This document shows, piece after piece, positions 20,714 through 31,403 of a DNA stretch of 64,000 nt. Source of the stretch: Ostreococcus lucimarinus. Taxonomy: Eukaryota. The DNA lies in NCBI GenBank assembly GCA_000092065.1, contig CP000581.1; one strand, given 5' to 3'. A model generated the notes under the pieces. That model ran no database searches. It was not told the origin of the DNA and saw nothing but the letters and a program-made list of their open reading frames with translations. Position 1 is the first letter of the stretch, and the number at the start of each line of letters is the position of its first letter. The position numbers and the translations under genes are program-made.

Positions 20714-22879
20714 TTAAAGCGTTCTGTAAAGGTCAATATATGACTGAGCCGGTTCCGTCCACGTGTTGTCGACGTTCATCGCGCGCTTCTGGTACTCCTC
20801 AAACGTGGAGCGTTTGGATTTGTACAGATTGAATGCTCGCGAGAGCGCGACGTCGATGTCTTCAGCACCCGTGCCATCAAACACGAAACCGTTTCGTTCG
20901 TTTTCGTCGATCGAAGCGTCATCGATGTCGAATACGGTATCCGCGAGACCGCCCGTGCGACGGACGAGCGGAAGTGCGGCGTAGCGCAACGCGATCATTT
21001 GCGTAAGTCCGCACGGCTCGAACATCGAGGGCACGATGACAATGTCCGCTGCGGCGTAGAGTAAATGGCTCAATGCGTCGCTGTACATGAGCATAAGCCG
21101 CGTCGAGTCGGAATTTTCTCCGAACTCTTCCGTTTCAGCCATTTTGCGGAAAACGCCGTCTGAATGGCCGGTGCCGAGAAGCACGAATTGACCGCCGTTA
21201 AAGCGCGTCGTGCGAATCGCTTGCTCGATGAGATTTACTCCCTTTTGCGGCACGAGGCGCGACACGCACACGACCAGCGGCGCGTCGGGGTCTTCCTTCA
21301 TACCTAATCCGCGCTGCAGATACTTTTTGCACAACGCCTTTTGCGACTTGACGTTGGTAGAGTCATAGCCGTACGGTATGAACGGATCGTCGCTCGGGGT
21401 CCAACTCTCCGGATCGATTCCGTTGAGAATCCCGCTAAACTTGTGCTTGTTTCCAACGAGATTCTTCCCCGTGAATCCGCCACCGCCGGCGAGAATTTCC
21501 GTCGCGTACGTCGGAGACACCGTGGTGACGTGATTCGAATACACGATGCCCCCCTTGAGCAAGCAAAGCCTTTCTGGGTTGTGCCCGATGGTGCGTTCGT
21601 CCAAAGCCTTGTCGACGGTGGCGAACATGGAGGCGTCCACGCCCGTGGCGCAGAACTCTTCCTGTCTCGCTTCGCCGTTGGAGTCCAAGTTATGAATCGT
21701 CAGCATGATTTTCGCGTTGGACATACCGTCGCAGTCTTGCCCGTACGCATCGCGAAGTCCCCAAAAGATCATAGGAAATCCGCACGCTTGCCACTCGTGA
21801 CAGTGAATGATGTTTGGATTCTCACCAGAGGCGATTAAAAATTCGCGCGCCGCGCGACAAAAGTACAAGTACGCCTCACGTTCATCGTACGATCCGCCGT
21901 AAATCTTCGAACCTTGAAATATATTCGAGCGCTCGTCGTCGTGTGGCTTGAGAAGTATCACGTCGATGCCGTTCACTCGCCCTCGCATCGCCGTCGTGCG
22001 AAAGTTGAAATATCGCGTCTCGCCGTCTTGATAACGACCCTTGGTGACGTCGTAATCCATCACGTGCGTCAAGCCGTCGATCTTGTCCGTCGGTAAACAC
22101 GAGTAAAATGGAAGAATCACAGTCACCGCGTGTCCCATCTTCCCGTGCGCGCGCGCCAGTCCTTCGACGACGTCGCCCAAACCGCCAACCTTGGCGATGG
22201 GCGCCAACTCGGCGGTGATGTGCACCACGCGCAACGGCGACGTCGTCTTCGTCACTTCCGCTTCTCGAGCGTCCGCTCTCGTCGCCCGCGGCATCGCGTT
22301 CCAAAACGCCGTGCCCGGCGTCGGCGCGCGCGCCTCGTCCCATCCCTCGACGACGCTCGCGCGCCGTTCGACCGGCGCCGCCGTTTCCGCCGGCGCGGCG
22401 TCCGCGCGCGTCTCCATCACCGTCTCCGCGACACCACCCTCCTCGCGCGCCTCCGCGAACGTCGCCTCCGCTTCTTCCACCGCGCGTCCCTCGACCGTCG
22501 CCTCCACGACCGCCTCGATCGTCGCCGTCGCGTCTTCGTCTTCGTCTTCGTCTTCGCCTTCGCCTTCGCCGCGCGCCGCCAGCGCCTCCTTCACCCGCGC
22601 CGCGAGATCCGCCTTCCGCCCGCTCACCGGCAGCGCCATCGTCCGCAGCACGTCCTTCAGTTCGTCCACCTTGAGCCCGTCGACGTCGTCCTCGCGCAGC
22701 GCGCGCGTCGTCGCCGCCGCGCGTCGCCGCAACGGTTTCGAACCATCGCCCATCGCATCTTGCGCCCTTCTCGCGCGCGCGACGCGCGTCGTCGCGCGTC
22801 GCGCCCCCCCGCGCGCGGTCGACGCCGTCGCGCGCGCCGTCGCGCGCGCCGTCGCGACGCGCGCGCGCGCGAGCGACAT
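20714..22879 (-). CDS. Starch synthase, GT5, SSIII-like catalytic domain, with transit peptide and SAP-like motif at the N-terminus
   Basis: ..LRVVHITAELAPIAKVGGLGDVVEGLARAHGKMGHAVTVILPFY.. and ..AAADIVIVPSMFEPCGLTQMIALRYAALPLVRRTGGLADTVFDIDD.. match plant SSIII. Start taken at real ATG 22879 (MSLARARVATARATARATAS.., transit-peptide-like). The track ORF extends 338 R-rich codons further, antisense to the next gene. Confidence 0.85.
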   Translation of the reverse strand: MSLARARVATARATARATASTARGGARRATTRVARARRAQDAMGDGSKPLRRRAAATTRALREDDVDGLKVDELKDVLRTMALPVSGRKADLAARVKEALAARGEGEGEDEDEDEDATATIEAVVEATVEGRAVEEAEATFAEAREEGGVAETVMETRADAAPAETAAPVERRASVVEGWDEARAPTPGTAFWNAMPRATRADAREAEVTKTTSPLRVVHITAELAPIAKVGGLGDVVEGLARAHGKMGHAVTVILPFYSCLPTDKIDGLTHVMDYDVTKGRYQDGETRYFNFRTTAMRGRVNGIDVILLKPHDDERSNIFQGSKIYGGSYDEREAYLYFCRAAREFLIASGENPNIIHCHEWQACGFPMIFWGLRDAYGQDCDGMSNAKIMLTIHNLDSNGEARQEEFCATGVDASMFATVDKALDERTIGHNPERLCLLKGGIVYSNHVTTVSPTYATEILAGGGGFTGKNLVGNKHKFSGILNGIDPESWTPSDDPFIPYGYDSTNVKSQKALCKKYLQRGLGMKEDPDAPLVVCVSRLVPQKGVNLIEQAIRTTRFNGGQFVLLGTGHSDGVFRKMAETEEFGENSDSTRLMLMYSDALSHLLYAAADIVIVPSMFEPCGLTQMIALRYAALPLVRRTGGLADTVFDIDDASIDENERNGFVFDGTGAEDIDVALSRAFNLYKSKRSTFEEYQKRAMNVDNTWTEPAQSYIDLYRTL

Positions 22880-22939
22880 CGCGCGCGAGTCTGACGCCGG
22901 CGGACGCGACCGACAGGCTGGCGCCACATCTCGTCGCCG

Positions 22940-24637
22940 ATGCGCGTCGCCGCGCGCGCCGCGGCGCTCGCGCGCGACGCGGACGACGCGGCGACGTCGC
23001 GCGGGGCGTCGCGCGCGCCGCGCGCGACGGCGTTCGCGGCGCGCGGCGACGTCGTCGTCGTCGGGTTCGACGACGGGTCGTTGGCGCGCTTCGACGCGGC
23101 GCCGCGGCGCGACGGCGCGCGCGACGGCGATCGCGCGCGCGCGACGTGGACGTCGATCCCGCGCGACGCGCGCGCGCGGGCGGACGACGCGCGCGACGGC
23201 GGAGGCGGGGCGGTGGACGCGTGCTGCGTCGGGACGGCGGCGGCGGCGGGACGCGTCGCGCGGTGCCGCGGCGATCCGACGTGCGCGGTCGACGTCCTGG
23301 ACGGGGCGACCGGAGACGTCGTGAAGACGCTGACGATGCCGACGGCGTGGCCGGCGACGGGACGGTGCGCGGTCGGCGGGTGCGGGACGGCGGGGGAGTA
23401 CGCGTGGGCGCGCGCGGCGACGAAGTGGAACCACTCGGGCGACGAGTTCGCGGGAAACGGGTCGTGCTTGGCGATATGGCGGCTGCGTGGGGATGAAGCG
23501 ACGGCGTGTGCGGTGTTCACGGCGAACGCGGACAGGCGAAGCGCGCGGGGAGGGATGGAGGAGGAGAAGACGCTCGCGCCGTTCGCTCGCGTGCGCGCGC
23601 TCGACGGCGGCGAAGGATTGGAGTACGTGACGATTGCGATTAATTTCGACGAAGAGTACGCGGTGCTGGAGCGAAAGGCGTGCGCGTTCACGTTGGATGA
23701 GCGTGGGCGGACGCGCGTGCGCGCGATCGAGGCGACATCGTTGAGGGTGGATTTGGGATGGATGCCGCGATTCGGCGCGGTGCGAGGTCGAGCGCTCGAG
23801 CTGGCGGCTCGAGCGATGCCTACCGTGCCGTCGTGCGCGATTTCGAGTCAATTCATCGTCGTCGTTTGGCTCGACGGCGAGCGCCCGGTGCACGTGATCG
23901 ACTCCAGGGCTGAGGGGTCGACAGACTCGCGACGGGGCTTGCTCGAGGCGTTGCGCGTCAACGTGGAGGCGTGCCTCGCGAATCCCGACGCGAAGACGTC
24001 GAGAACGGTTTTAGACGTCACCACGTACGACGGCGATGCGTACGTCATTGTGGTCACACGCGATGCGCCGACGCCGCAGAAATACGCACCGACGCCGCGC
24101 GAGGAGGATATACATTGCAAAGTCTTCGCGATTCCCACCGGTTTTCGCAGCGCCAAGCCGTCCGAGACGACGACGGAGACGACCCCGTTGATTGATTTAG
24201 ACGACGAACTCGTGACGCGCGATGAGTCGTGCACGATTTGCCTTGATGTGTTATCGGGCGAAGCCGCTCGCGCGCCGTGCTGCGGGGCGTCTTTCTGCGA
24301 AGACTGTCTCGCGTCGTACGTCGCGCTCTCAGCGGCGAAAGGGTGTCCGATGTGTCGCGACGTCGACGTCTTCTTGACGTCTCGTCGACCGCATTCGGCG
24401 TGGGGGCGGGCGTTGACCTCGTTCGAGCTCGACCTCCCGTTCCGCGCGCGTCAGCAATTGAAAAAGTATCGCGTTCTCGAACAAGTTTTAGATGGAGACT
24501 ACGCGACGCTCGACGATTTCCACCTCACGGGCGACCGGACACCGTTCGCGCTCGAAAACGGGCGCGCGCTCACCTTAGCCACATCCTCCGACTCAAACTT
24601 CGAAGGCGTCGAAGTTCGCGAGCTCGTGATCGATTAG
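22940..24637 (+). CDS. Hypothetical protein with a C-terminal RING-type zinc finger
   Basis: Real ATG at 22940. C-terminal CTICLDVLSGEAARAPCCGASFCEDCLASYVALSAAKGCPMCRD. The remainder is coding-like but unassigned. Confidence 0.55.
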   Translation: MRVAARAAALARDADDAATSRGASRAPRATAFAARGDVVVVGFDDGSLARFDAAPRRDGARDGDRARATWTSIPRDARARADDARDGGGGAVDACCVGTAAAAGRVARCRGDPTCAVDVLDGATGDVVKTLTMPTAWPATGRCAVGGCGTAGEYAWARAATKWNHSGDEFAGNGSCLAIWRLRGDEATACAVFTANADRRSARGGMEEEKTLAPFARVRALDGGEGLEYVTIAINFDEEYAVLERKACAFTLDERGRTRVRAIEATSLRVDLGWMPRFGAVRGRALELAARAMPTVPSCAISSQFIVVVWLDGERPVHVIDSRAEGSTDSRRGLLEALRVNVEACLANPDAKTSRTVLDVTTYDGDAYVIVVTRDAPTPQKYAPTPREEDIHCKVFAIPTGFRSAKPSETTTETTPLIDLDDELVTRDESCTICLDVLSGEAARAPCCGASFCEDCLASYVALSAAKGCPMCRDVDVFLTSRRPHSAWGRALTSFELDLPFRARQQLKKYRVLEQVLDGDYATLDDFHLTGDRTPFALENGRALTLATSSDSNFEGVEVRELVID

Positions 24638-24721
24638 ACTTTAGTTTAGTTTCACTACGGACGTTTCTGTCTGGATTAAATGTCTTTCTATGCGTCCCGC
24701 CGCGCGCGTTCGAGTCCTCGA

Positions 24722-25369
24722 TCACTTTAGCTCCGTCGTCGCCGCTCCGAAATCCGGCATCGCGGGCGACCCGCTGGACTCTTCTTCGGCTTTTCGTCCA
24801 CCGCCGAACACGTTCCCCCAGATCGACCCGCTCTCCTGCCCCCCCGCGTTCGCGTTCGCGTTCGCGTTCGCGTCCCCGCTCGCGTCCCCGCTCCCGCGCC
24901 CGCTCCCCGTCTCCGGTCCTCCCGCCATCGCCATCACCGGCGGCGGCGGCGGCGGCGCCGTCAACCGCGTCAACATTATGCTAATCCCTTCGATCACCGC
25001 CAACAGGAACCCTCCGAACGCCGCCGATCGCGCCGCGCTCGGCAATCCGTACCTCAGCTGCAGCGCGCCGCCCGTCGCCGCGCCGCTGATGATCGGATTC
25101 CACGGATCTTCCTTCCTTCGCGCCGCCACCAGCGCGCAATCGAACGCGCTGAACAGTCCCCCCCAGACCGCGAACGAGCCACCGATTCGCGGCGCCTCGC
25201 GTCGGATCGCCTCGGCGGCGCTCGCGAGCGCGAATCCTCTCGGCGCGTTGTACGCACCCTTGACGAGATTGACGACGCCGCCGCCGACGGCGCCCATCGC
25301 GAACGCGCCGCCGACGTCGTCGAAGATTCTGTGCGGGCACGGCTCGCGCCCGTGGTCGACGGACGCCAT
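24722..25369 (-). CDS. TIM17: Mitochondrial inner-membrane translocase subunit TIM17
   Basis: From real ATG 25369: MASVDHGREPCPHRIFDDVGGAFAMGAVGGGVVNLVKGAYNAPRGFAL.. (compare Tim17 ..REPCPWRIVDDCGGAFTMG..). The C-terminal tail is low-complexity (PPPPPP, ANANANAN from a (gcgttc)n repeat). Confidence 0.85.
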   Translation of the reverse strand: MASVDHGREPCPHRIFDDVGGAFAMGAVGGGVVNLVKGAYNAPRGFALASAAEAIRREAPRIGGSFAVWGGLFSAFDCALVAARRKEDPWNPIISGAATGGALQLRYGLPSAARSAAFGGFLLAVIEGISIMLTRLTAPPPPPPVMAMAGGPETGSGRGSGDASGDANANANANAGGQESGSIWGNVFGGGRKAEEESSGSPAMPDFGAATTELK

Positions 25370-25486
25370 GGCGACGCGCGCGTCGCGCTCTGCGGGCGAT
25401 CGCGTGACGTCGGCGGCGACCCTAACGCGCGCGAGCGACAGAGGGCGACGCGCGGCGCGCGACGCGAGCGACGGAGGGCGCGCGCG

Positions 25487-27682
25487 ATGGCGGACGCGAC
25501 GCAGCGCGACGCGAGCGACGCGAGCGCGGGCGAGACGTCGATGAGCGCGGCGAAGAAGGCGCTGAAGGCGGCGGAAAAGGTGACGAAAAAGCGACCGGAT
25601 CCGAGCGCGCTCGACGCGATCGCGCGCGGGATGGCGGCGATGCGGGTGAAGGCGTACGGCGAGGCGAAGGCGGCGTTTGAGAGCGCGGAAGCGATATGCG
25701 CGACGACGACGGTGCGGGCGGAGGCGAAGGCGAAGGAGGGAGGAGAGGGGGGGAAGGCGAAGGCGAAGACGAAGGCGAAGGCGAACGCGGCGGAGACGCA
25801 GGACGCGCTGGACGCGACGCATTTACCGAAACCGGGGAGCGAAGGACACGTGACGGCGAAACAAAAGGAAAATTTGCCGCCGGGGGCGAAGAATTACGCG
25901 ATAAACTCAGTGGCGGCGATGGCGGATCACTTGGCGGCGACGGGTGGGAAGTGGCGAACGCGATTTCCGCCCGAGCCGAACGGGTATTTGCACATCGGAC
26001 ACGCGAAGGCGATGTACTTTGACTTTGGAGTGGCGAGAAAACGAGGCGGTGAGACGATTTTGAGGTTTGACGACACGAATCCCGCGGCGGAGAAGCAAGA
26101 GTACATCGATAGCATTATTAGTTCGGTAAAGTGGTTGGGACACGAACCGGCGGCGACGACGTACTCGAGCGATTATTTCGACAAGTTGTACGAGTTTGCG
26201 GTAGATTTGATCAAGTCTGGCAACGCGTACGTGTGCTTTCAGAACAAAGAGCAGACGTTCAACTCGCGAAAGCTACTGCAGTCGTTTCAAAAGATGTGCG
26301 CCGACGGCGGCTTGCCGCGTTACGAGACGCCGCTTCCCGAGGGCGCGGAAAGTCCGTGGCGAAACACGAGCGTCGAAGAGAACTTGTCGCTTTTCGAGAA
26401 GATGAAAAATAGAGAGTTCAAGGAGGGCGAGTGCTGCTTGCGAATGAAGGGGGATTTGCGAAGCGACATTCCGAGCATGTGGGATCTCGCGGCGTATCGC
26501 ATCAAGTACGAGACGCACCCTCACTCTGGCGACAAGTGGTGCATTTACCCGACGTACGACTACACGCACTGCTTAGTGGACAGCCTAGAAAATATCACGC
26601 ACTCATTGTGCACGCTCGAATTCGAGTCTAGACAAGCGCCGAACGGGTCGTACTATTGGCTGTTGGACGCTCTCGACACGTACAAGCCGGTGACGTGGGA
26701 GTTTTCTCGATGCAACATCACTTACAACGTGATGAGCAAGCGCAAGTTGAACACGCTCGTGACCAAAGGATACGTCAACGGTTGGGACGATCCGCGTTTG
26801 CTCACTCTCGAGGGCCTTCGCCGGCGCGGTTACACGCCGAGCGCCATCAACAAGTTTTGCGCGTCGCTCGGTGTGACACGTCACGACAACACGCAACCCA
26901 TCAGCCGTCTCGAGAACGTGGTGCGGGATGAGATGAAAGATTCGGCGTCTAGATATTTCGCAGTATTAGATCCTGTGAAGGTGAATATCACGAACCATCC
27001 CGGAGGTGAGTTGATGTGTGAAGCTCCGGTGCATCCGTCGTTTGCCGAGCGCGGCATGCGTCGCATCGATTTGAAGCCAACCATTTTCATAGAACGTTCT
27101 GACTTCAAGACGGAAGACGTGGACGGATACTTTGGTTTGGCGCCTGGTAAGACGGTTCGATTGCAGTTCGGGTATAACATCACGTGCACGGATTTTAAGA
27201 CGCACGACGATGGCTCGGTATCGGAAATCAACGCAACGATAGACATGGAGTCTCGCGCGGCAAAGCCGCCAAAGGGAATTCTTCACTGGGCAACGCCGGA
27301 CTTCGTCAAGGGTGAGTGCAGATTATACAACAATCTTTTCACCGTAGAGATCCCCGGTAAAGTTGACGCGAACGCCGAGCAAAGTAACGCACCGACGGCG
27401 ACGGCGACCGACGCTGTTGAAGGCGACGCCGAAGAAGACGAAGAAGACGATGGAAGCGTGGACTGGTTGACTCAAATCAACCCCGAGTCGCTCGTTGTCC
27501 ATAGAGATGCGCTCCTCGAACCGGGCCTAATTGAATTCGCCTCCAAACCATTGGAAACGCAAGTGCAGCTGCAGCGTCTGGGTTTCTTCACCTTTGACAA
27601 CGATAGCACCGCGGACGCCCCGGTGCTGAATAGAATCGTCACGCTCAAGGAATCTGCGTCGAGGAAAACGCTCGGAAAATGA
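25487..27682 (+). CDS. QARS: Glutaminyl-tRNA synthetase (class I aaRS)
   Basis: FPPEPNGYLHIGHAKAMYFDFGVARKRGGETILRFDDTNP (HIGH motif, GlnRS-type ..LRFDDTNP) and VMSKRKL (KMSKS). K/A-rich N-terminal appendix. First real ATG in frame is at 25487. Confidence 0.85.
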   Translation: MADATQRDASDASAGETSMSAAKKALKAAEKVTKKRPDPSALDAIARGMAAMRVKAYGEAKAAFESAEAICATTTVRAEAKAKEGGEGGKAKAKTKAKANAAETQDALDATHLPKPGSEGHVTAKQKENLPPGAKNYAINSVAAMADHLAATGGKWRTRFPPEPNGYLHIGHAKAMYFDFGVARKRGGETILRFDDTNPAAEKQEYIDSIISSVKWLGHEPAATTYSSDYFDKLYEFAVDLIKSGNAYVCFQNKEQTFNSRKLLQSFQKMCADGGLPRYETPLPEGAESPWRNTSVEENLSLFEKMKNREFKEGECCLRMKGDLRSDIPSMWDLAAYRIKYETHPHSGDKWCIYPTYDYTHCLVDSLENITHSLCTLEFESRQAPNGSYYWLLDALDTYKPVTWEFSRCNITYNVMSKRKLNTLVTKGYVNGWDDPRLLTLEGLRRRGYTPSAINKFCASLGVTRHDNTQPISRLENVVRDEMKDSASRYFAVLDPVKVNITNHPGGELMCEAPVHPSFAERGMRRIDLKPTIFIERSDFKTEDVDGYFGLAPGKTVRLQFGYNITCTDFKTHDDGSVSEINATIDMESRAAKPPKGILHWATPDFVKGECRLYNNLFTVEIPGKVDANAEQSNAPTATATDAVEGDAEEDEEDDGSVDWLTQINPESLVVHRDALLEPGLIEFASKPLETQVQLQRLGFFTFDNDSTADAPVLNRIVTLKESASRKTLGK

Positions 27683-27786
27683 CTCAACTTGGACTTTGGC
27701 GAATAATAGGGTGATTATTAATACCGAAAACTCTTTCGTTCGCTTCGCTATCGCTACTGCGCGTACTTCATATTACGTGTCGGTTA

Positions 27787-29346
27787 TTACTTGCTGAAAA
27801 ATTCAGAGTGAATCGCTCGCACGGCGTCGCTCCCTTGTTCTTGGTCGACTAAAAGAGAGATGTTCGTTTTCGACGCCCCTTGAGAAACCATCTTCACTTT
27901 GATATCCTCGGAGCCAAGAGCGCGGAACGATCGCTCCATGATTTCGTTGTTTCTTTCCACGTTACCGATGAGAGAAATGATGGAATGTCCGCTGCTCACC
28001 GTCACGTGCGCGATGCCCTCGTTTTCGAAATCTTGCACGAGTTTTTCCAGTTCCTCCTTGGCCAAATCTCGGCTCCACAACTTGGATGGGTCGAGCGTGA
28101 GCGACACGCTCACCTCTGATGTCGCGACGACGTCGACAGAAATTCCATTGGACGCCATGACGCTGAAAACCTTGGCCAAAAAACCGTATTGGCCGAGCAT
28201 GCGCGTCGACGTAATGTCGAGCATGGTGACGTTTTTCTTTTGCACGATGGATGTAAGAAGCCAATTTTTGTGCTCGTCTTCGTCGCGCACGTGCCCAATA
28301 ACGGTGCCGGGCGCTCTAATGTTATACGAGTTTTTCACGCGCACGCACAAGTCACTGGAATCCATCGCCGGTCGCATCGAGTGCGGGTGAAGCACCTGCG
28401 CGCCAAAGTACGCCAACTCGGTCGCTTCTTGAAAACTCAAAAACGGCATGGGAACCGTGCCCTCAACCTCGCGCGGATCCGCGGAGAGCACGCCGTCGAC
28501 GTCTTTCCAAACCTGGACCTCTTTTAACCCGAGCGCCTTGCCGATCACCGTCGCCGTTAAATCACTACCTCCCCGTCCGAGCGTGCACACCGCCCCCGTC
28601 TTTTCGCCTCTACCGAGAAATCCCGTCACCACGCGCACGACGGGTTCGTCCCCCGGCCCCAACGTCAATCGCGCCTTCGTCTTTGAAAACGTCGCGTCCA
28701 GAATCATCCCATTTTCAAACTCATCCGTCGTGACGAACATGTCGTCGATCGTGTCCACCTGCTCGGTTCGAGCTCCCAACGACCGCAGATACGACGCGAA
28801 GATTCTCGTGCTCATTCGCTCGCCGAAACTCACCAGCAGCGCCCGCGTCCGCGACGTCACCTCTTGCATCAGCGCGATCCCCGTGCACACTTGCTCCAGC
28901 TTCTTCAACAACTTTTGCACCTCCGCCTTCGTCACCGCATCCGTGCCCAGCGCTTCCATCGTGTCCTCGTGCAGCCTTCGTATCGCGCGCAGCGGTTCCA
29001 GCGCCTCGACGCCCTCCTCCGCGCGCATCGCCATCTCCCCCGCCGCCAGCAGATTATTCGTCGTCTTACCCATCGCCGACAGCACGAGCACCGGCATCTC
29101 CTCCGGAAACGACAGCACGATCTGCGCGACCTCTCGCACGCGCGCCGCGTCGGCGACGGACGAACCGCCAAACTTCATGACGACCGAGTGCTGATGAAGC
29201 CCTCGACCGGGCGTTTTATTCGCCGCGTCCGTCGCGATCGCCGCGCGCGTCGCGCCCGCGCGCGCGCCGCGACGGACGCGACCGACCGCGCGTCGATCGA
29301 GCGCGCGCGCGGGCGCGCGCGCGGGCGAGGCGACGCGCGACGCCAT
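27787..29346 (-). CDS. Aspartate kinase (monofunctional, plastid-type, with ACT domains)
   Basis: ..HSVVMKFGGSSVADAARVREVAQIVLSFPEEMPVLVLSAMGKTTNNLL.. (aspartokinase N-terminus). C-terminal ACT-like repeats. Start at real ATG 29346 (MASRVASPARAPARALDRRAV.., transit-peptide-like). The track's start at 29397 is GTG. Confidence 0.85.
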   Translation of the reverse strand: MASRVASPARAPARALDRRAVGRVRRGARAGATRAAIATDAANKTPGRGLHQHSVVMKFGGSSVADAARVREVAQIVLSFPEEMPVLVLSAMGKTTNNLLAAGEMAMRAEEGVEALEPLRAIRRLHEDTMEALGTDAVTKAEVQKLLKKLEQVCTGIALMQEVTSRTRALLVSFGERMSTRIFASYLRSLGARTEQVDTIDDMFVTTDEFENGMILDATFSKTKARLTLGPGDEPVVRVVTGFLGRGEKTGAVCTLGRGGSDLTATVIGKALGLKEVQVWKDVDGVLSADPREVEGTVPMPFLSFQEATELAYFGAQVLHPHSMRPAMDSSDLCVRVKNSYNIRAPGTVIGHVRDEDEHKNWLLTSIVQKKNVTMLDITSTRMLGQYGFLAKVFSVMASNGISVDVVATSEVSVSLTLDPSKLWSRDLAKEELEKLVQDFENEGIAHVTVSSGHSIISLIGNVERNNEIMERSFRALGSEDIKVKMVSQGASKTNISLLVDQEQGSDAVRAIHSEFFSK

Positions 29347-29435
29347 GCTCGCGACGGTTTGTGACGCGCGCGCTGTGTTTTGAATCGCGCGCGTCACATC
29401 GGGACGGCGCGACGCGCCCGTCGAGGGCGCGCTCG

Positions 29436-30470
29436 ATGGTGGGACTGCTCGGCGAGTTCACCGAGGACGTCATCCATCGCGCGCGGGCGTCGGAGAGCGA
29501 TTCCGACGCCGATTCCGACGGCGCGGCGTCGAAGCGGGCGCTGCTGGCGAAACAGCGCACGCTCGAGGAGGTGCTGCGAACGCTCGGCGCGCGGGCGACG
29601 AGGCTCGAGGACGACGCGCGACGCGCGGATAAGGAGGCGAGAGCGGCGAGGCACGCGCTGGAGGACGCGCGACGAGAGAACGCGGCGCGAGAGAGAGATG
29701 TGGGCGCGCTGGAGGAGGCGCGGGACGCGGCGGACGGCGCGGCGCGCGCGGCTGCGAGCGAAAGGGACGACGTCAAGGCGACGCTCGCGCGCGCGGAGCG
29801 GGATTTAGCGCGCGTTCGTGAAGAGCGTAATGCGCTGCGGAAAGATTTAGAGGCGAAGGCGAAGGCGTGGAGGGATATGGAGGAAGAGCATCGACGACGG
29901 GAGCGCGCGGCGAGCGACAACGCGGCGTCGGCGAGAGCCGAGTCGGCGAAGAAAGACGTCGAGTTAGAATCGCTTCGTCGGCGGTGTGAGAGTGCAGAGG
30001 CGTACGCGAACAGTGTGAATGCGCGCGTAACCGAGGCGGAGCGCGAAATCGATGCGTTCAACGAGGTTGTGGTGTCGAGCGGCGACGGTTTGTCGCGAGA
30101 ACTACGCGAACAGCTCGCGCGCGCCGAAGAAACGCGCGTGGCGCTGGAGAACGAACTCGCGCGCGTCACGGCGAACGCGATCGCGCAAGAGGGCGAGCTC
30201 AAAAAGCTGCGCGTGATGGTCGAACACGATGCGCCAGGAGTTGCGGAACTTCGCGCGCGAGTGGACGCGATGGACGTTCGCGAGCGAGACTTGGTCTCGG
30301 CGTTGCGATACGAGGAAACCAAAAAAGATGAAGCCATTCGCGAAATGTATCGCGCGCGCGCGGCCGCTGCAAAAGCTGAAGCTCACGCATCGCGTCTCTC
30401 CGCGAAATCTTCGCACAGTCAAGCTTTGGCGACGGTGATTGAGTCTCTCGGAGACAGCTTGTTCGATTAA
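29436..30470 (+). CDS. Coiled-coil protein (hypothetical)
   Basis: Real ATG at 29436 (MVGLLGEFTEDVIHRARAS..). Long heptad-like E/R/A/L-rich stretch (..LEEVLRTLGARATRLEDDARRADKEARAARHALEDARRENAARERDVGALEE..). No family assigned. Confidence 0.5.
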   Translation: MVGLLGEFTEDVIHRARASESDSDADSDGAASKRALLAKQRTLEEVLRTLGARATRLEDDARRADKEARAARHALEDARRENAARERDVGALEEARDAADGAARAAASERDDVKATLARAERDLARVREERNALRKDLEAKAKAWRDMEEEHRRRERAASDNAASARAESAKKDVELESLRRRCESAEAYANSVNARVTEAEREIDAFNEVVVSSGDGLSRELREQLARAEETRVALENELARVTANAIAQEGELKKLRVMVEHDAPGVAELRARVDAMDVRERDLVSALRYEETKKDEAIREMYRARAAAAKAEAHASRLSAKSSHSQALATVIESLGDSLFD

Positions 30471-30515
30471 CAGCCCGCAATGTTACATAATATTTGTACT
30501 CTACTGGTAACGCCC

Positions 30516-31310
30516 TCATCGCTTAGCCTTTTCGGCGATCGCGTCGTAATGCACAGGGGAGACGTACGAGATGAAGCACATCCGTTTACTTTTAAGTTCT
30601 TCGGGTTCGTACAGCAAGTACCAATTGCTCTGCGTGCTCTGGACGCAGTGAATCTTCTGTCCCAACGCGTCGCACGCCGCGCGAAGCGTCAACTCATCCC
30701 CCCACGTCCTATCGCGTTTCATCTCCCGCAGCCACTTATCCAAGGCGCGCGGTCCATCAAAATAAATCTCAAAGTCCTCTCGTCTCTCCTCCACGCGCGT
30801 CGTCGCCAACTCCCTAATCTCCGCGTGGCGCTCCTGGTCGCGCAACGCATTCGCCGCCAACGCTCGAAACTGACAATTCCCATCCCCGACCATCGGCACT
30901 CGCGTCATTCCGAGTCGTCCCAACCGCGCATCCAGCGCTTTATTCCCGCTCTCCAACCGCGCCTCGCGTTCGCTTTCGCTCGCGAGCTCGAGTCCCACGC
31001 GCTCCGTCAGCATCGCCGCCAACCGCTCGCTCGTCGTCGTCGTCATCCGGCGCACCACGGCCAACTTCGCGTTCGCCGCGCGCCATCGCGCGTTCGCCGA
31101 CGTCGAAGGGTTCACCGCGCGCCGCGTCGCCAGGCTTTCCGGCCGCATCACGGTCGGTTTCGTGTTTTCCAATTTCGCCAACTTCGAAAACTTTCGCGTG
31201 AGCGCGCGCTCGATCGTCGTCGTCGAGCGCGCTTCGTCGTCGTCGTCGTCGGCGCGCGGCGTTTTACAGCACGCGGCGGCGCGCGCGCGCTTGCGCGGCG
31301 TCGCCGCCAT
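30516..31310 (-). CDS. OTU-domain cysteine protease (deubiquitinase-like)
   Basis: 264 aa from real ATG 31310. OTU Cys motif ..RVPMVGDGNCQFRALAANAL.. and C-terminal His region ..YVSPVHYDAIAEK... Confidence 0.7.
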   Translation of the reverse strand: MAATPRKRARAAACCKTPRADDDDDEARSTTTIERALTRKFSKLAKLENTKPTVMRPESLATRRAVNPSTSANARWRAANAKLAVVRRMTTTTSERLAAMLTERVGLELASESEREARLESGNKALDARLGRLGMTRVPMVGDGNCQFRALAANALRDQERHAEIRELATTRVEERREDFEIYFDGPRALDKWLREMKRDRTWGDELTLRAACDALGQKIHCVQSTQSNWYLLYEPEELKSKRMCFISYVSPVHYDAIAEKAKR

Positions 31311-31403
31311 CGATTCGATCGGCGCGCCGCGCTCGGCCGCCGCGCCGAGAAATGCCGACGCAGTCGTCACTCCGCGCGCCGTCGTCGCGCGACGAACGAC
31401 GCC

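Noticed and set aside
22880-23893. The 338-codon N-terminal extension of the starch-synthase ORF (to 23893).
   Set aside because: It is pure R/P/A noise and lies antisense to the RING-protein gene. A transit-peptide-like real ATG (22879) precedes the conserved domain.
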